From Mobula hypostoma (lineage: Eukaryota), in the NCBI RefSeq assembly GCF_963921235.1, contig NC_086104.1, positions 4,588,001-4,652,000 of the forward strand: 64,000 bases of DNA, read 5' to 3'. Under the pieces are notes generated by a model. That model did not search any database. It was not told the DNA's origin and was given only the letters and a program-made list of their open reading frames with translations. A program made the position numbers and the translations under genes. Positions 1 to 10,714 of the stretch are shown piece after piece (position 1 is the first letter of the stretch; every line of letters begins with the position of its first letter).

Positions 1-180
1 TTCTGTTGGTGGGTCTGTGAAATAGAGTATAAATTATCAGTAACACCCGTCTCTGAGCCATGAGTCCCACATTGTTGTCACAACACAACGACGGGCTCTT
101 TCACAATCAGTCCCCGACCTTCACATTTTAATAACCCCACACAACAATCAGATCAGAATGAACCATTTAGTCACACGTAC

Positions 181-300
181 GGGATGGGTGGTTTCTAAAC
201 GCTCTGCGTCTGATGAGGAAAATGCCTCCAGTGACAGTGAGAACTCCCAGCACGACAGCCAGAATGAGCCAGGCCAGGTACGATGGGGCTCGGGACATCT
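181..300 (-). CDS. Transmembrane exon of Ig-superfamily V-V-TM receptor (phase 1-1): (K)MSRAPSYLAWLILAVVLGVLTVTGGIFLIRRRAFRNHPS
   Basis: On - strand: acceptor TTTCCTTTCCGTTCCTCAAACAG at 301, 120-nt open exon (2+117+1), donor GTACGT at 180. Encodes a ~22-aa uncharged hydrophobic helix followed by an RRR stop-transfer motif. Not in the ORF track. Confidence 0.85.
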
Positions 301-1330
301 CTGTTTGAGGAACGGAAAGGAAATCACATCAGTGGGTAAACATCTGGGAAGCTCACTGTCAGTGTAGAAGGAATCCACTCGGCCCATCCTTCTGTGCCAG
401 CTCTTTGAAAAAGGTGCTCACTAATCCCAGTCTCCTCATTCCCCAGAGTCCTGTGAAAAGTCCTTTCCAAGTATTTACCCAATCCCTGAAGGAATGATAC
501 TGTTCCACCTGCTTGTTCCAACTGACCCAGTGGGTGACTGAATAAAGCACAACCCTCAGAGACTTCTTGTTCCTCATTGCCGTCTCACTGGAGACCATAA
601 TTCCAGTAAGGCATCGTTACTCTTGTACTCAAATCTGTCCCACAATAATGGACAAGGGGTTCCTTTCCGAATCAGCTGTTGTACCTGCCTGCTGGGTTTG
701 ATCTTTGTGTACAAGGCCACCCAGATTCCCCAGGACATGAATGTCCCTCAGTCTCTCTCCATTCAGAAATTATTCTTTGTTTCTATTTTTCCTACCAAGA
801 GAATGATCTCACATTTGTCCACATGATATTCCAACTGTCTTCACCTTGCACGTTCACTCCGTGTGTCTCCATCCCCGTACGTCTCTGCATCCTCCTGACC
901 AATCACCCTGCAAGCACCTCTGCATCCCCGACAGGCTTGGATACACTTGGTCCCCTCATTGATACAGATTGTTGGAGCTGGGGCCCAGCCCTGATCCCAG
1001 TCACTACTGACAGTCTTCCAGACAATCAACCACTCTTCCCATTTCTTGTTCCCTGGACTGTGCTCATTTCTAAAGATGCTGCCTGGCCTGCTGAGTTCCT
1101 CCAGTATTTTGTGGGAATTGAACCTCAATCACTGTAAATTGTTCTACTAATCACTACACTACCGTGTCACATGATTGAAAGATTTACTAACCTTAATGTA
1201 GACAACATCCACTTCCCAACCCTCCATTACCTTCATCCTCTCCTCAGAAACTCAATCAAGCTGATGAGACGTGATTTTCCCCACACAACATTCAGGAACA
1301 CACTGCTGAATAAATAGAACTTGTACTCAC

Positions 1331-1708
1331 TGGTTACGATGAGCTGGGTGCGGTTCCCGTCGATGTCTCCCCACACTCTGCAGTAATAGACGGCAGAATC
1401 ACTGTGTACCATGTCTGTGACTGTCAGGGTGAAGCTGCTGTTGGACGTGTCTCTGTAGGACTGGAACCTCCCAGAGAAACCCCGTCCCCTCTCTGATCTG
1501 CCTCCTGCCCTGTGTGTTAAAACCCACTCCATGTCCTGCCCAGGTAGTTTCCGATACCAGTGGACGTCAGTGTCTTCCAGCCTGGCTTTGCTCATGGTAC
1601 ACCATAACCACGCCGTGTGACGCTCAGTGACACGCTGTATGCTCGGGGACTGGATAAGGACAATATCGTCACTTTAAACCGAGCTTGAGGGGTGGTTGGA
1701 TGGAGTTG
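1331..1708 (-). CDS. Second (membrane-proximal) germline-joined V(J) Ig domain exon, with in-frame TAA at 1676-1674 in the linker
   Basis: Acceptor TTATCCACACAG (1710-1709), donor A|GTGAGT (1330), 378 nt, phase 1-1. Reads TTPSNHPSSSV*SDDIVLIQSP...WLWC...HWYRK...GFSGRF...FTLTV...DSAVYYCRVWGDIDGNRTQLIVT, with canonical Cys/Trp/Cys and a degenerate J motif. Confidence 0.85.
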
Positions 1709-1974
1709 CTGTGTGGATAACAGTGCTACTGAGACACAGAGGTGGTGAGATCAAGCCTTGTCTGCAGAATTCCTCTGAAAACCGAGGGTAGGAGCCAAAT
1801 CTCCACTGTGCCCCCTTGTCAAAGCTGGCAAGGTCTCGCAGCACTTCTGAAAGCCACTGGCAGTCAGGAGTTGTTGAAAATGATTAACATTCAAAACACA
1901 ACTCAACAAAGCTGAAAACATTTCTAAAATTATAGAAGTGCTTAAAGTTAGAACATCACTTAAAACTTAGAAGT

Positions 1975-2520
1975 TGTGTGCAGTTTTGGTCTCCAAATTT
2001 GAGGAAGGACATTCTTGCTATTGAGGGACTGCAGCGTAGGTTCACGAGGTTAGTTCACGGGATGGCGGGACCGTCATATGTTAAAAGATTGGGGTGACTG
2101 GGCTTGTATACATTGGAATTTGGAAGGATGAGAGGGAATCTGATTGAAACATATGAGATTATTAAGGGATTGGAAATGCTAGAGGCAGGAAACATGTTCC
2201 CGATGTTGAGGGAGTCCTGAACCAGAGGCCATAGTTTGAGAATAAGGGGTAGGCCATTTAGAACAGAGTTGAGGAAAAACTTTTTCACCCAGTGAGTTAT
2301 GGATCTGTGGGATACTCTGCCTCAGAAAGCAGAGGAGGCCAATTTTCTGGATGTTTTCAAGAAAGAGTTAGATGGAGCTCTTAAAGATAGCAGAGTCAAG
2401 GGATATGGGGAGAAGGCAGGAACGGGGTACTGATTGTGGATGATCGGCCATGATCACAGTGGATGGCGGTGCTGGCTCGAAGGGCCGAATGGCCTACTCC
2501 TGCACCTATTGTCTATTGTC
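1975..2520 (+). mobile_element. CR1 LINE 3' fragment (intronic)
   Basis: Degenerate RT C-terminus (VQFWSPNLRKD...LWxxLP) plus the CR1 tail GAAGGGCCGAATGGCCTACTCCTGCACC. Confidence 0.85.
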
Positions 2521-2601
2521 TATTAACACTGAACCGATTGCACAAACTATGGACTCACATCCAAGAACTCTACAACTCCTGTTCGCAGTGATATTTATTT
2601 A

Positions 2602-3106
2602 CAGTGGATTCCGGTTAATTAGATCACATTGGCATCAGTACATTTTGGCTGGATTCAGTGCCTTCCCCATTAGCTGAAGTTTCAAGGAAATTATTAAAAC
2701 TGTATAGAAAATACCTTCATATTTCCTCAATTGATGAAGTCATGAAATCATTTGATTTTCACTCCCGGCCGTTTCCAGCATCTCCAATCTGACTGCTCCT
2801 GCAGCATATTTCTCACACTATCGGTGATAAAAGTCACTGCTTTCTGAACACAAAAAATGCAGCTGACACTTTCTTAAAACTATTCCCTTGAAGCATTGCA
2901 TAGTGTCTACCAGCCACACAAGCGCACACGACTGACCCCGGTTAGAAACTGTTCGGCAACAGTCTCCTGTCCCATGAAGTGGCATATTGTCCAAATAAAT
3001 GAAGGGAATTCTGACCATTTTCACAATCAGATTTTGTTCTTCAGGAGTTGTTCAAATTAAGTGGTTGTCCCAATTACCTGATGTCCCAATTCACTGGAAT
3101 CCACTT
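2602..3106. mobile_element. Tc1/mariner-superfamily (Tigger/pogo-like) MITE
   Basis: Terminal inverted repeats TA|CAGTGGATTCCGGTTAATT ... AATTCACTGGAATCCACTT|TA, flanked by TA. Confidence 0.7.
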
Positions 3107-4065
3107 TATTTATTTATTTATTTATTTATTTATTAATAAGTGCTTTATGTGTCGGTTTGTCTGTAGTTTTTCACTGATTTAATTGTATTTCGTTGTTCTT
3201 CTGTGAATGCCTGCAAGAAACTAAATCGCAGGGTTATGTATGGTGACATGTGTGTTGGATAATAAATTTACTTTGAAATTTGAGTGCACAAGTTGAGATA
3301 TTATGTTGCAGTTGTAAATAACCATAAGAGCATGAGACGCAGGAGTAGAATTAGGCCACTCAGCCCATCAGGTCTAAACAGCTCATTTGAAGTTGCAGAA
3401 AGAGGTTGGAATCTGAAATGTGAAAACTCAGATCATCCAGCACACTCAGGGATCGGCTGGTATCGGAGTGTCAGATCTTCCAGAGTCACAGAGTCATAGA
3501 CCACGACGGCAAAGGAACAGGCCCTTCGGTCCATCTAGCTCTGGTGTTCTGCCTCGTACCATCGACCTGATCTCCATAGATCTCTCATTTTACTCTCTTC
3601 AAGCTCAAACTCGCTTTTAAATCACATTTCAAAGAAAGGTGTTTGAGTAAACATAAAAGATGTTTCAATGTCATTAATCTGGTCAGGGTGTGGGGGAAAC
3701 TGAAAGGAAGTTCAGGAACCGGAAATCTGGGTGAGTGGACGGGGAAGGTGACAAACATCACCTGGTGAACCAGGTGGAGAACCAAGGGAAGATGGTGGAT
3801 TATTGAGCTGTTTCTGAATATTCTGTAATTTTTTTTTACATTTCTGCATTCACGGGATGTTGATGTCACTGGAAATGCTAATATTTATTCTCCATCCCTA
3901 CGTACCCCTCAGCTCAGCAGGCAGTGAATTTTTATCCACATTAAGTTTGGACCACTCTTTATAAACGTAATAACACCTGTTTCTGTAAAACTGAATATAC
4001 AATATCATCATTACTCATTGATACAGGGACGTGACTGGAAAACAGAACCAACATGAAGTACTCAC

Positions 4066-4483
4066 TGGTCACATTCAGCTGGGTTCCCTTTCCAAAGACT
4101 GACCCCCAAATGCCACAGATGTAAAGTTTAGAGTCGGTGACCATCACATCGCTGATGGTCAGTGAGTAGCTGTTAGTGGTGACATTCCTGGAAAGCTGAA
4201 ATCGATCGGAGAAGCCCCGTGATCTGTAAACATGGCCATTACTGTAAAGACTAAGTACAAATCCTTTATCTGTCAGTTTATTGCGTGAGTTGTACCAGTG
4301 TACATTGTATTGATCCACAGTGTATTCCACATTGTCACTCTCCAGGACACACTGTATCAGCACCGTTCCAGCTTCACGCACCTTCACAACTCCTGGCGAT
4401 TGGATCAGGACTGTCCCTGCATTTACACCTGTGGGCAGTAAACAACTGAAGGTCAGAAAAGAGCTGGACCCAGGGGACACCAT
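4066..4483 (-). CDS. First germline-joined V(J) Ig domain exon. The V exon proper is 4066-4428; an in-frame ATG at 4483 gives a possible fused signal peptide
   Basis: Acceptor CCCACAG|GT GTA AAT GCA (4430-4429), donor A|GTGAGT (4065). 120 codons: VNAGTVLIQSP...IQC...HWY...GFSDRF...SLTIS...DSKLYICGIWGSVFGKGTQLNVT, with an FGxG J motif and no RSS between V and J. Confidence 0.92.
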
Positions 4484-6089
4484 GTCAGTGTCAAACTGGT
4501 CCAGGGTAGAATGGGACTGGCCACAGGTGGTGACCAGTTGGCACCGATGTGCTGACGGACTGAACCGTGGGATGGAGACAGGCCTGAAGAACAAACAGGG
4601 GCTGAGGGTGAGAGAGTCATGGACTTATACAACACAGAAATGGGCCGTTCTGCCAAGCATGTCCCTTCTCACCAGATATTAATCTGAACTGGTCCTATCT
4701 CCTTGTGTTGGACCCATAATCCCTCTAAGGTTTACTGTCCAGGTTCTTGTTCTCATGTATTTTAATTGTTGTAATTGTACCCCCTCTACCACTTCCTCAA
4801 ACAGCTTGTTCCATATACTCACCTCCCTGCTTCCTCAACACTACCTGCCCATCCACCTATCTTCGTACCGTCCACAAAGCTACCCAAAGAGCCATTAATT
4901 TTCATCATCTAAATCACTGACATACAATATAAACAGACCCCTGTGGAACACCATTAGTCCAAAAAGAATCCCTTTATTCCCACTCTTTGCCTTCTCCTAA
5001 TCAGCCAATGCTAATATCTTTCCTGTAATGCCTGGGCTCTTATCATTCTTTAGCAAACTTATCAAAAAGTAAAAATCCAAGTACTGATCCAAGAATCACC
5101 GATTCTTCTCTGTCTATCCTGGTTCTTATTTCTTCAAAGAAATTCCAGCAGATTTTTCAGGCAAGATTTTCCCTGGAGGAAACCATGCTGACTGCAGCCT
5201 GTTTTATCATGTGCCTCCCAGTACCCCGAGACCTCATCTTTAATAATCGACTCAACATCTTCCCAACCACTGAGATCAGACTAACTGGCCAATAGTTTCA
5301 TTTCTTCTGCCTCTCTCACTTGAAGAGTGGAGTGCTCATCCAAGAGACTCTGATGGCTTTGCTTTGAAATGAAGGCAGAATTATTTCTGAGCAGAAGGTT
5401 GGATTAACGGCTGGTTTATGTCTGTGAAAGGAGGTAAGGGAAAATGGGATGAGTAGTGTGGGCGTGTAGCATTTAGGCAGGGCATGTTCACACAGTCCTG
5501 TAGGAAGCAGTTGTTGGACAAAGAGGCTGGAAGATCTGACCCCATCTGGTGTGATGGGTTAAACCCTAAGACAACAATGTTCGAGCAAACCTCTCACTAC
5601 ACTGTGTGTCCTGTACATGGCCTCCAGTGAACTGATTTTCTGCCCAGGTTCCTCTCTGTGCAACAGATGCAGGGGAACATGAGAAAAGAAGCAACTGGAG
5701 GGCATTTGGCCCCTCATGCTGACCCTGCTGTTCAGTGACATCATGGCTGATGTGTGAACACATTGCACTTTATCCCTAACATTTGTTCAGCTTCATATGC
5801 AAAACTATATTAATGTCTGTTAAATTTACTGAGTGTCTTTGTCTGAAAATCTCGGGGTTCAGGCACAGAGTTCCCTAAGACAGTATAGGATGGTGAAGAC
5901 AGTGTTTAGCACGTTTGTCTTCATCGACTAGGGTATGGAGTGCAAGAGTTGGAAGGTCGTGTAACAAGATGCCAGTGAGACCACACGTGGACAAATTGTA
6001 CAGATTTGGTCATCATTTAGTCAGGTCATTATACGGAGCTTGAACAGCAGCCAATCGGAGCTGAGAGGTGAAAAGTAAGGGTAAGTACA

Positions 6090-6530
6090 AAAGTCTGCAG
6101 GTGCTGGAAATCCAGAGAAACACACACAAAATACTGGAGGAACTCAGCAATCCAGGCAGCATTTATGGAGAGGTATAAACCGTTGACATTTTGGACCAAG
6201 ACCCTTCATCAGATCTGAAAAGGAAGGGACAATGCACCAGAATAAAAGATAGAAGATGACAGGTGAAGTCAGGCAGGTGGGAAAGGTAAAGGGCTGGGGA
6301 TGAAGGAGTCTGATAGGAGAGGAGAGTGAACCACAGGAAAGAGGGAAGGAGGAGGGGATCCAGGAGGAGGTGATAGGCAGGTGGGAAGAGGTGAAGACTG
6401 AAGTGGTGAATAGAAGAAGAGGGGAGGGGGAGAGAATTTATTTTTTACCAGAAGGAGAAATCTATATTCGTGCCATCATGTTGGAGGCTACCCAGACAGT
6501 ATGTAAGGTGTTGCTCCTTCACCCTGAGGT
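6090..6530 (-). mobile_element. Penelope-like element 3' fragment (GIY-YIG C-terminus plus terminal repeat)
   Basis: - strand reads LRVKEQHL...GSLQHDGTNIDFS, followed by the GATGAAGGGTCTTGGTCC tail. A similar piece is on + at about 34770-35230. Confidence 0.7.
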
Positions 6531-6559
6531 GGAGGAGTAAAATAAAGGTGACTCCACCC

Positions 6560-8250
6560 AGGTCAAGGAGGGAGCTTCAAAAATTTGGGCTTCACAGCCA
6601 TTTTTTACTTTGGCCCTGACTTCACTTATCAGCCACGGTAGTGTCCTTCTTCCATTTGAAAATATCTTATAATTTGGAATATATCTGTCTTTCACTTCCC
6701 TCATTTTTTGCAGAATCTCCAGATATTGCTGCTCTGCTGTCCTTCTTGCTAGTGTCCTTTCCAGTCGACTTCAGCCAGCTCCCTTCCCATGCCAGTATAA
6801 TATCGTTTATTCTACTGAATACTGACACACTGGCATTTAGTTTCTCCTTCTCAAATTTCAAAGTGAACTCAATCATATTGTGATCACTCTTCCCTAAGGG
6901 TTCCTTAACCTTAAGCTCTCTTATCACCTCTGGATCCCTGTACAATGCCCAATCCAGCACAGCTGATCCCCTAGTGGGCTGAACAACAAACTGTTCTAAA
7001 TAGCCAACCCTTAGACATTCTAAAGATTCTCTCTCTTGAGGTCCAGTACTGGCCTGGTTTTCCCAATCCACTTTCATGTTAAAATAGCCAATGATTATCA
7101 TGACATTGCTCTTCTGACATGCCTTGTCTATCTCCCTCTGTAATTTGTAATCCACATCCCAGCTGCTGTTTGGAGGCCTGTATACGACTGCCATTAGGGT
7201 CCCTTTACCCTTGCCATTTCTTAACTCAACCTACAGAAACTCTACACCTTCCTATCCTATGTCATCCCTTTCTAATTATTTAAAATTATTTCTTATACAC
7301 AGGGCCACACCACCCCCTCTGCCTACTAACCTATCTAACCTATCTTTCTGATGGCAGCCATCCTTTAGCCAAGTTTCAGAGATGGCCACAACGACATACT
7401 TACCAATCTGTAGCTGAGTTTCAAGATTGTCCATTTTATTTCTTATGCTGCGTGCATTCAAATATAACACTTTCAGTCCAGTATTTGTTGCTTTCTGTTT
7501 TAACTGCACCACGTCTCTATTGCCCTGTAACGCATCCCACTGGCTGTGATTATGCCTCATCTCCTGCCTGTCATTTCTATCATCTCGGTTGCACGTTATT
7601 TTTGATTTATTTCTGTTTTCCTGTTCCTCAGCCCGATCACTCTGCTTTCCATCTCCCTGCCAAATGAGTTTAATCCCTCCCTAACAGCTCTTTTAAACCT
7701 GCCTGCTGGAATCTTGGAGCCCTTCGGGTTCAGGTTTAAAATGTCCTTTTTGTACAGGTTGTACCTCCCCCAGAAGAGGCCCCAGTGATCCGGGAACCCA
7801 AATCCCTGCTCCCTAGACCAGTCTCTCAGCCACACATTAATATGCCTAATCATGCTTTTCTTGTGCTTATTAGCACATGGCACAGGCAGCAACCCTGGGA
7901 TTACTACCCTGGAGGTACTGCTTTTCAACTTCCTACAGAACTACCTGAATTCTCTCTTCAGGACCTCCTCCCTTTTTCTACATATGTCATTGGTACCAAC
8001 GTGTACCAATACTGCTGGCTGTTCACCCTCTCCCCTCAGAATACTCTGTACTCGATCCAAGACATCCCGTACCCTGGCACCTGGGAGGCAACACACCATA
8101 AGGATATCTCTATCAGGCTGACAGAACCTCCTGTCTGTTCCCCTCACCATCGAATCCCCTGTGACTACCTCATTCCTCATCTTCTTCTCTCCTTTCTGCA
8201 CCACGGAAACAGGCCAGAGATCCGTGGTGAGGTCAATAGTCTATGGTAGC
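6560..8250 (-). mobile_element. CR1 LINE 5' part: ORF1 SGNH/GDSL esterase and ORF2 APE endonuclease, decayed
   Basis: ORFs 7941-8204 (GDSMVRG...VHVGTND), 7276-7560 (YLNARSIRNK...ISETWL) and 6667-7194 (VYRPPNS...LDW...SDHNMI). Confidence 0.9.
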
Positions 8251-8925
8251 CCATGGTGTTGTCCAACACTCCAGTAATTTTGCTCGGTATACACAGCACC
8301 AAATCAATTTATGATGTCAAAGTCAAATTTATCATCAAACACACAGTCCATGTGTGTAAAAGGGAAATGACAAATTACTTGTAGTTGCACCACTGGTACA
8401 GAGCACCAGATAAACAGCATTCACAAGAAACAAACATAAATACACAAAATCTAATCAAACATTTGCATTTGCTTTCCTCACCACTGACTCAGCCTGCAAG
8501 TTAACCTTTAGGAAATCCTGAAGTAGGATTCCCAAGTCACTTTGCAACTTCTGATTTTTGAATTTGCTCCCCATTTACTCCTTCAACAAAAACGTGATGA
8601 ACATACACTTCCACACTGTTTTCCATCTGCCACTTGTTTGTCCATTCTCCCAATCTGACCAAGTCTTTTTGCAGACTCCTTGTTTCCCCAACACTGCCTG
8701 TCCCTCCACCTATCTTTCTATCACCCACTTCTCATCACTACCATCAAGGAGGAGGGACAAGAGCCTGAAGACGCACACTCAATGTTTTCGAAACAGTTTC
8801 TTTCCCTCTGCCGTCAGAATTTTGAACAGTCTATGAATGCATGAACACAATCTTATTATTTCTCTTTCACATTATGTGTTAATTATTAATTTGTAACAAA
8901 GTAATTTTTGCACATTGCACTGTAC

Positions 8926-9769
8926 TGTGACAGGGTCCTGAATTATCCCAATGAACTGTGCTCGTTTACTCCTATGAACTGTGCTTTTGAAAAGAGAGAG
9001 CGAGAGTTATTTAACACCGACATGTTGTTTTAGAAAGAGAGAGGGAGAGACGGAGACCGCTCACAGGTTGTTTATACTTTCTACAAGGACATCGCCTGCT
9101 TGTATTCTTCCACAGACAGAGGAGGGAGGAGTTATTTGAGAGACAGTTGGTGCTCAGCACGGGAAGATAAAATAGAAGGTCAGATCATATAGGCTGGAGA
9201 CACATGTTTTGGACACTGAATGAGCTTTGTTGTGCTCACAGAAAAAGTGGGTTTTTGGAGGATCGATCAGGCAGATCGATCAGTCCCTCTTGCAGTGAGA
9301 AAAGGGATTGACTGGTGGGGAGTTGTCCATATGTTCACCCTTGCCTGGGTTGATAGCTCCACCACAGAAAACCGGACCCCTTTGTTGAAGTCACAGTCGG
9401 TGACTTATAAAGGATTTTGGAGGACAATGAGAAGATCGACGACGTCAGCTCATCTGAAGATTCAAATCTCTCTCTCTCCATCACTACTCAACTCAATACC
9501 ATGAACTGAACTGAACTTTACTCATCATCGTAACACTGTATCTTTTTACCCCTAGACTTGAAGAAGCTTGGTTTTCACATATATTTTCACACTTACTGAT
9601 TTACTTACTTATATATATCATCATCATTGTTAACCTGTTTGATTTATCTACATTTATATTACTGTATTGCATAGTTACTAATAAATATTATCGATTAATA
9701 GCAATACTGGACTCCAAAGTGTTTTCCATCTCTGCTGGTTCTTTATTCCCGTCACGGGGGTACGTGACA
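8926..9769 (+). mobile_element. Solo LTR (844 bp) with 4-bp TSD GTAC
   Basis: Begins TGTGAC and ends GTGACA. GTAC at 8922-8925 and 9770-9773. AATAAA near the 3' end. It interrupts the 3' tail of a LINE. Confidence 0.8.
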
Positions 9770-9816
9770 GTACAGAGAAACAAATTTCACAAAGTCTGTC
9801 AGTGATAATAACCCTG

Positions 9817-10275
9817 TTTAGAAACATAGAATCATAGAAAACCTACAGCACAATACAGGCCCTTCGGCCCACAAAGCTGTGCCGAACATGTCTTTACCTT
9901 AGAACTGCCTCGGCTTACCCATAGCCCTCTATTTTTCTAAGCTTCATGTATCCATCCAGGAGTCTCTAAAAAGACCCTATCGTTTCCGCCTCCACCACCG
10001 CCACCGGCAGCCCATTCCACGCACTCACCACTCTCTGCGTAAAAAACTTACCCCTGACATTTACTCTGTACCTTCTTCCAAGCACCTTAAAACTATGCCC
10101 TCATGTGCTAGCCATTCCGGCCCTGGGAAAAACCCTCTGACTATCCACACAATCAATGCCTCTCATCATCTTATGCACCTCTATCAGGTCACCTCTCATC
10201 CTCCGTCGCTCCAAGGAGAAAAGGCCGAGTTCACTCAACCTATTCCCATAAGGCATGCTTCCCAATCCAGGCAAC
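9817..10275 (-). mobile_element. CR1 LINE 3' end (same subfamily as 49665-50790)
   Basis: Shares the long tail AGAAACATAG..AAACCTACAG..AATACAGGCCCTTCGGCCCAC with the copy at about 49.67 kb. Confidence 0.85.
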
Positions 10276-10714
10276 ATACTTGTAATTCTTGGTTGAATAG
10301 GTCAGGACTGTATTCCTTAGAATGTAGAAGACTGAGAGGATTTATTATGGAGGCATAAAAAATTAGAAGGAGTATAGGCAAGATAAATGCAAACAGGCTT
10401 TTTCCATTAAGGTTAGGTGGGACTACGACACATGTCATGGGTTAAAGGTGAAAGGTAGAAAGCTTCAGAGGAACATAATTCGAAATTTCTTCCCTCAGAG
10501 AGTGTGGAATGAGCTGCCAGCACAAGTGGTGCATGCAAGCTGGATTTCAACATTTAAGAGAAGGATTAGAGAGGTGCATGGATAGTTGGGATATGGACTC
10601 TGGGCTCTGATCCCAGAGCAGATCGATGGGAGTAGGCAGTTTAAATTATTTTGGCATGGACTAGATGGGCCAATGGGCCTGTTTCTGTGCTGTACTTTCT
10701 ATGACTCCATGAAG

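Noticed and set aside
1804-1810. CACTGTG/CACAGTG heptamer near the second V exon (another at 5600-5606) as an RSS
   Set aside because: No ACAAAAACC-like nonamer at 12 or 23 nt spacing in the proper orientation, and the heptamers do not abut a V or J coding end.
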